Of a stretch of 64,000 bases of DNA, positions 60,296 to 64,000 are shown in pieces (positions within the stretch are counted from its first letter, which is position 1; each line of letters starts with the position of its first letter). The translations under genes and the position numbers were made by a program. Location of the stretch: assembly GCA_977030845.1 (NCBI GenBank), contig OZ365112.1, positions 19,592,001-19,656,000 on the forward strand, in the 5' to 3' direction. Below the pieces are notes generated by a model. It was not told the origin of the DNA and ran no database searches. It saw nothing but the letters and a program-made list of their open reading frames with translations. Source of the stretch: Fimbriosthenelais zetlandica. Its lineage: Eukaryota.

Positions 60296-63200
60296 TCCAA
60301 CTAAACCCACAGTTTACACAAGACTTCATTAATTGGTGTGGAGAACGCTAATGAATCGCCACCCACAAAATGAGCCAAACCGACCCCGAAGGAAGATAAA
60401 AAGACACGTGTATTCGCCTGGTGTGATTCCCTCATTTTGGGAGGCGTGAGAGGATCAAATTAGGACCGAGTAGGAATGATAGCACGTGAAGAAAAATGGG
60501 AGAACAATTAGGGCATTCAGGAGGAGAGACAGGGGTCCTTCATAAAGGTGTTATTATATGTCATCCCAAAAACTTTTGAGACAAAAACTGAATCAAGTTT
60601 AAACTAAAAACTAATTGCTGTATAATGCGCCCACAAAATCCCACTGCATTCAAAAACTTAAATGTGTATAATACTTCCCAGTTAAAGCATTTGATTATCA
60701 ACCCTTATCATTCAATTGGAATACTCGATTGAATGACAAAATGACCACAGTTACCAAATCACCAATATTTACTCATTTCAATCAGACTCCAATGTCTTCA
60801 TTGAAGTCCCAGGTAAACAGTTGCAGTGATTGATATCGACGGCTTGACAAATCAATATTTGAACAGCTGATGAGAGTGCCCTATGGGCGTCCTTATTTAT
60901 TGCTGGCAGAAGGGCATGATAGAGGTCGTGATCAATTGTATATATGACATATATCCACAATGGATATATATACGGTAAAGTAGGACTCCCCTTCCCTAAT
61001 TCTCATACATAGTCTGAGCAGATGACGGATTAGGCCACACCGATCTGATCTTTTTGAGGAACTTATTTTAATCATCCCCACGTTCTAGTACTTAGTAATA
61101 GATGATAATGTAACTAATTTATATAACTATTTCACTTTTGGGATTTTAATGTCCGTAATAAAAATAGGATTCATGGAAAATAGGAAAAGGAAAATTTCAT
61201 AAAAGTTGTCTTGGTGCCCAAAATAAGCATTTGAATATAATCTTTAAAACAAATCCGGTATCTAAGTCCAGTGTTGGCCATTCAAGAAACATGGCTTTTG
61301 TTTCGGCCTCTTATACCAGGGCAAAGGGGGACTGAATAGGACCTAAACATAGCGCGACCTGCAGTGACCGACTAAACCACCTCATTGTGTTGAGATTTTT
61401 TATCCTTGGATAGGGCCAAGCACCTTGCATACCCCAGAGATGTGTTTAGACTAGACCCGCCACCAAATATATGGTGGCCCAGCGTTAATGAGTTGGTTTA
61501 TTCAGGAAATATGTGTGGATAGTCCAACAAGTATCAGTAAAACAAACATTTACTTTACACAAATTATTCATTGATTATTCTCCTTATGTTAGATAACAGG
61601 GAGGATAGCAGTTAATGAGTGCCAAATATAAAGGCCCTCTCAGGCAGAAAAATGGAGAAATAATGAAAATAAATATTAGAAATTGTTAAATAACGTATAT
61701 CACAAAGCTATACAACCGACCCAGACATATCCTAACACCTGCCCTGGCACAGAACCCCACTCATATTATCACACAATGGGCAAGACTTAGTATTTAGTCT
61801 TTATAGATTCTGATGGAAATACCATTGTGGAAAGCCTGCCAAAGTTCTTAAACACTAGATCTGGTATAACGGTATTTAGCCTCGATTATTTACTAATAAT
61901 TATTATATTTAACTCTGGATAAGTGGGATATTCTAATCATTTTCAGTTTAATTTTAGCTTTTAAAACTTATTAAAACGGCTAATAAAATGGCAACATGTA
62001 TACATACAGCTTTCTGGACAATAATATTCTAGCTTCAATACATAACCAGGCTTTGTTAGATCACCTCTATCTATAATTCTCACCACTCAGGTATTGAGGT
62101 AATGGTATTAGACCGAATTAGATGTGGTATGTAAACAAACCATAATACCTTTGCTAAATACAGGCCTCACTGTTATATGGGTCAAAGTGAGGTCTACCTC
62201 TATCTAAGTGAAGGTAAGGCATATAGCTGTCAACCTAATTGTCCAGGTGGACACTGACTCTATAGTAGCGTGTGTGTATATATATATCTACTATGTGTGA
62301 CAGGTATACCTGGCAGCACACCTGCCTGTCAAATACCGGTGTATAACATAAACGATAACCATACACCTGGACCTGGGATTTGAATGCAATACACATGCAA
62401 TATCTTCAGAATAACAGATCAATGGATACTCTGTATGCAGGTTCAATAACGAAAGGTAGAAAACTCTTTTATATACATACCTTGCTAGTTTTTTCTAGCT
62501 TTTGAGGTTGCAAAGGTGGTCCCCCACCACCATCCGCAACTTGGTTCATGGTCTCCATCTTCCCACTTTTAGATAGTCCTTCAACTCCTAGAGGAATGGA
62601 TTGTAGTTTTTGGTTTGTCGCCCAATTAAAGAAAAGCCTTGTTCCTGCGGCAAAAGACTCCTAGAAATAAAGTAGAATGTTCTCCTTAGGTGCAACTCAT
62701 TTAAAGGTGTATATCCCTCTGACAGGGGCTAATATTGTTGTTATTGTCACAGAGCAAGCCAGTATGGTGTTAATGCGCGCCCGGCTAAGATGAGGGATTG
62801 CCACTAGACCGACTGCCAGAACACATCGCACCGCCATGCGATAGTAGCGCCATCCTTGTCCATACCATACAATACAGAGCACTAGTATCAATACATTGAA
62901 TCAGGAAATAATAAACATTCATTCTTCATTAAACCTTCTCTTTTGATTGTAAAATTATGAATTAAAAAGTAGCAAATACCTCCGGAATCTTACCTTTATG
63001 ATAGTGAAGTAGATAATCTTTCATTTGTGTACACAGATTTATGTGAAGTTCTTTGCATTTCTAGATCCTAACTTTGGATGCCCGAGATATTGCAGCTTGT
63101 TCCTTTTTACTTCTCGTACACTTTATCCATCTCCTACAAAATATATATGTAATTTAAAAACTGACAAAAAATAATAATACAAACAATATGTGCATTCCTG

Positions 63201-64000
63201 TAAGGACTGTGATTACCCATTCCAATTATCTTTTTATTTCACTAATAACATCCATTTCAGGAATAGTTTTTCGGATTGTTTTTAACTAGGCACACTAAAC
63301 GAAAGAATGCCAACAAAATGATAGAGAACGCAGAATCTGGACAACATTTCAGAGTCAGTGATATCGCCCGTAGAGGGATATAGCATTCATGCATGCAGCA
63401 TTCTTCACACATAGCAGTGAATTCCTAACAATTTTGAATACATAACTACACTGCTATCACCATGAATGAACACATGGGTGATGTGATGCCTTACAACCTC
63501 TATGGGCAGGTCTTTGAACACAGGTAGGGACAAAGGTAGGGACTGACATCACCTGGCCGACCTACTTAACAGGAGCGCGGAAAGAGGAGGAGGACAGGTA
63601 GAGGGAAGCAGGGGAGAAGGTACACACATAGCCCTTCATGTATACACACACGAGATGGGAGAGGCGGGAAAAGGGGCTGGTATAGGCAATAGTTGCCAAC
63701 TTGCTTGAGCAAATATTTCAGATTGGTTACCGATAAGTGATTACTTAATAGTCCCTTTAGGTATAGTCAGAGCATCTTTGATGATATTTTCATATAGTTG
63801 TGTATTCTGATTTGACTTTTATAGATTGTAACTATAAAACATTCTTGAAATCTCCAGGGAGAAAAGGCCACGGGAAGGAGTTGGAGGTTGGAGGTTCATG
63901 ACCTCCCTGGCACTACTATAGGTTACCACAATCAAGGCTCCTGTCATAACAATAGGTTACACCGACCCATGTGTATTGAGTAGAAAGAATACTTATCATA

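Larger units (their letters stand above)
1..64000. other. Predominantly non-coding, eukaryote (animal)-like DNA; probable large intron or intergenic region
   Basis: No ORF over 165 aa in six frames. ORFs overlap without operon-like order and have no recognisable full-length product. Spliceosomal and metazoan transcription-factor motifs are present, and CpG is low in AT-rich parts (9 CpG counted in 17341-18060). Confidence 0.75.

Noticed and set aside
1138-62708. TTAACCCT and TTAAAGG starts as piggyBac- or Kolobok-like termini
   Set aside because: I found no matching inverted partner, and the roughly 16 TTAAAGG copies are close to the roughly 12 expected.
1-64000. CRISPR array, rRNA, prokaryotic operon or defence system
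   Set aside because: No regularly spaced repeats, no rRNA signature sequences and no gene-length ORFs.

Overview
This window looks like non-coding, animal-type genomic DNA (about 40% GC by eye, CpG-poor outside a few patches). The longest ORF in the supplied track is 165 aa and none is recognisable. I found no operon, tRNA, rRNA, CRISPR array or intact transposase/reverse transcriptase, so I call no gene with confidence. The structure I can support is at motif level. (1) Two strong minus-strand sites (5224-5258 and 30328-30362) and one weaker site (36223-36245) where a spliceosomal acceptor runs directly into a consensus donor (YAG|GTRWGT). This is the signature of recursive-splicing ratchet points in very long introns. 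The two strong sites have identical branch-point spacing, and each is followed by a 36- or 45-nt candidate exon closed by a second donor. (2) Four full 14-bp RFX X-box matches and one 13-bp variant. (3) Perfect nuclear-receptor direct repeats (DR2 and DR5), and an ATGACGTCAT...AAAGGTCATG module that occurs twice. (4) At least 10 copies of the palindrome TACATGTA. (5) Short, frame-broken protein-like patches (HLH-like, WD40-like). The simplest reading is the interior of a large intron, or an enhancer-rich gene desert, in an animal. I cannot exclude that the sequence is heavily decayed or computationally generated. All chance estimates are hand calculations assuming independent bases at 40% GC, and motifs were found by eye without multiple-testing correction.
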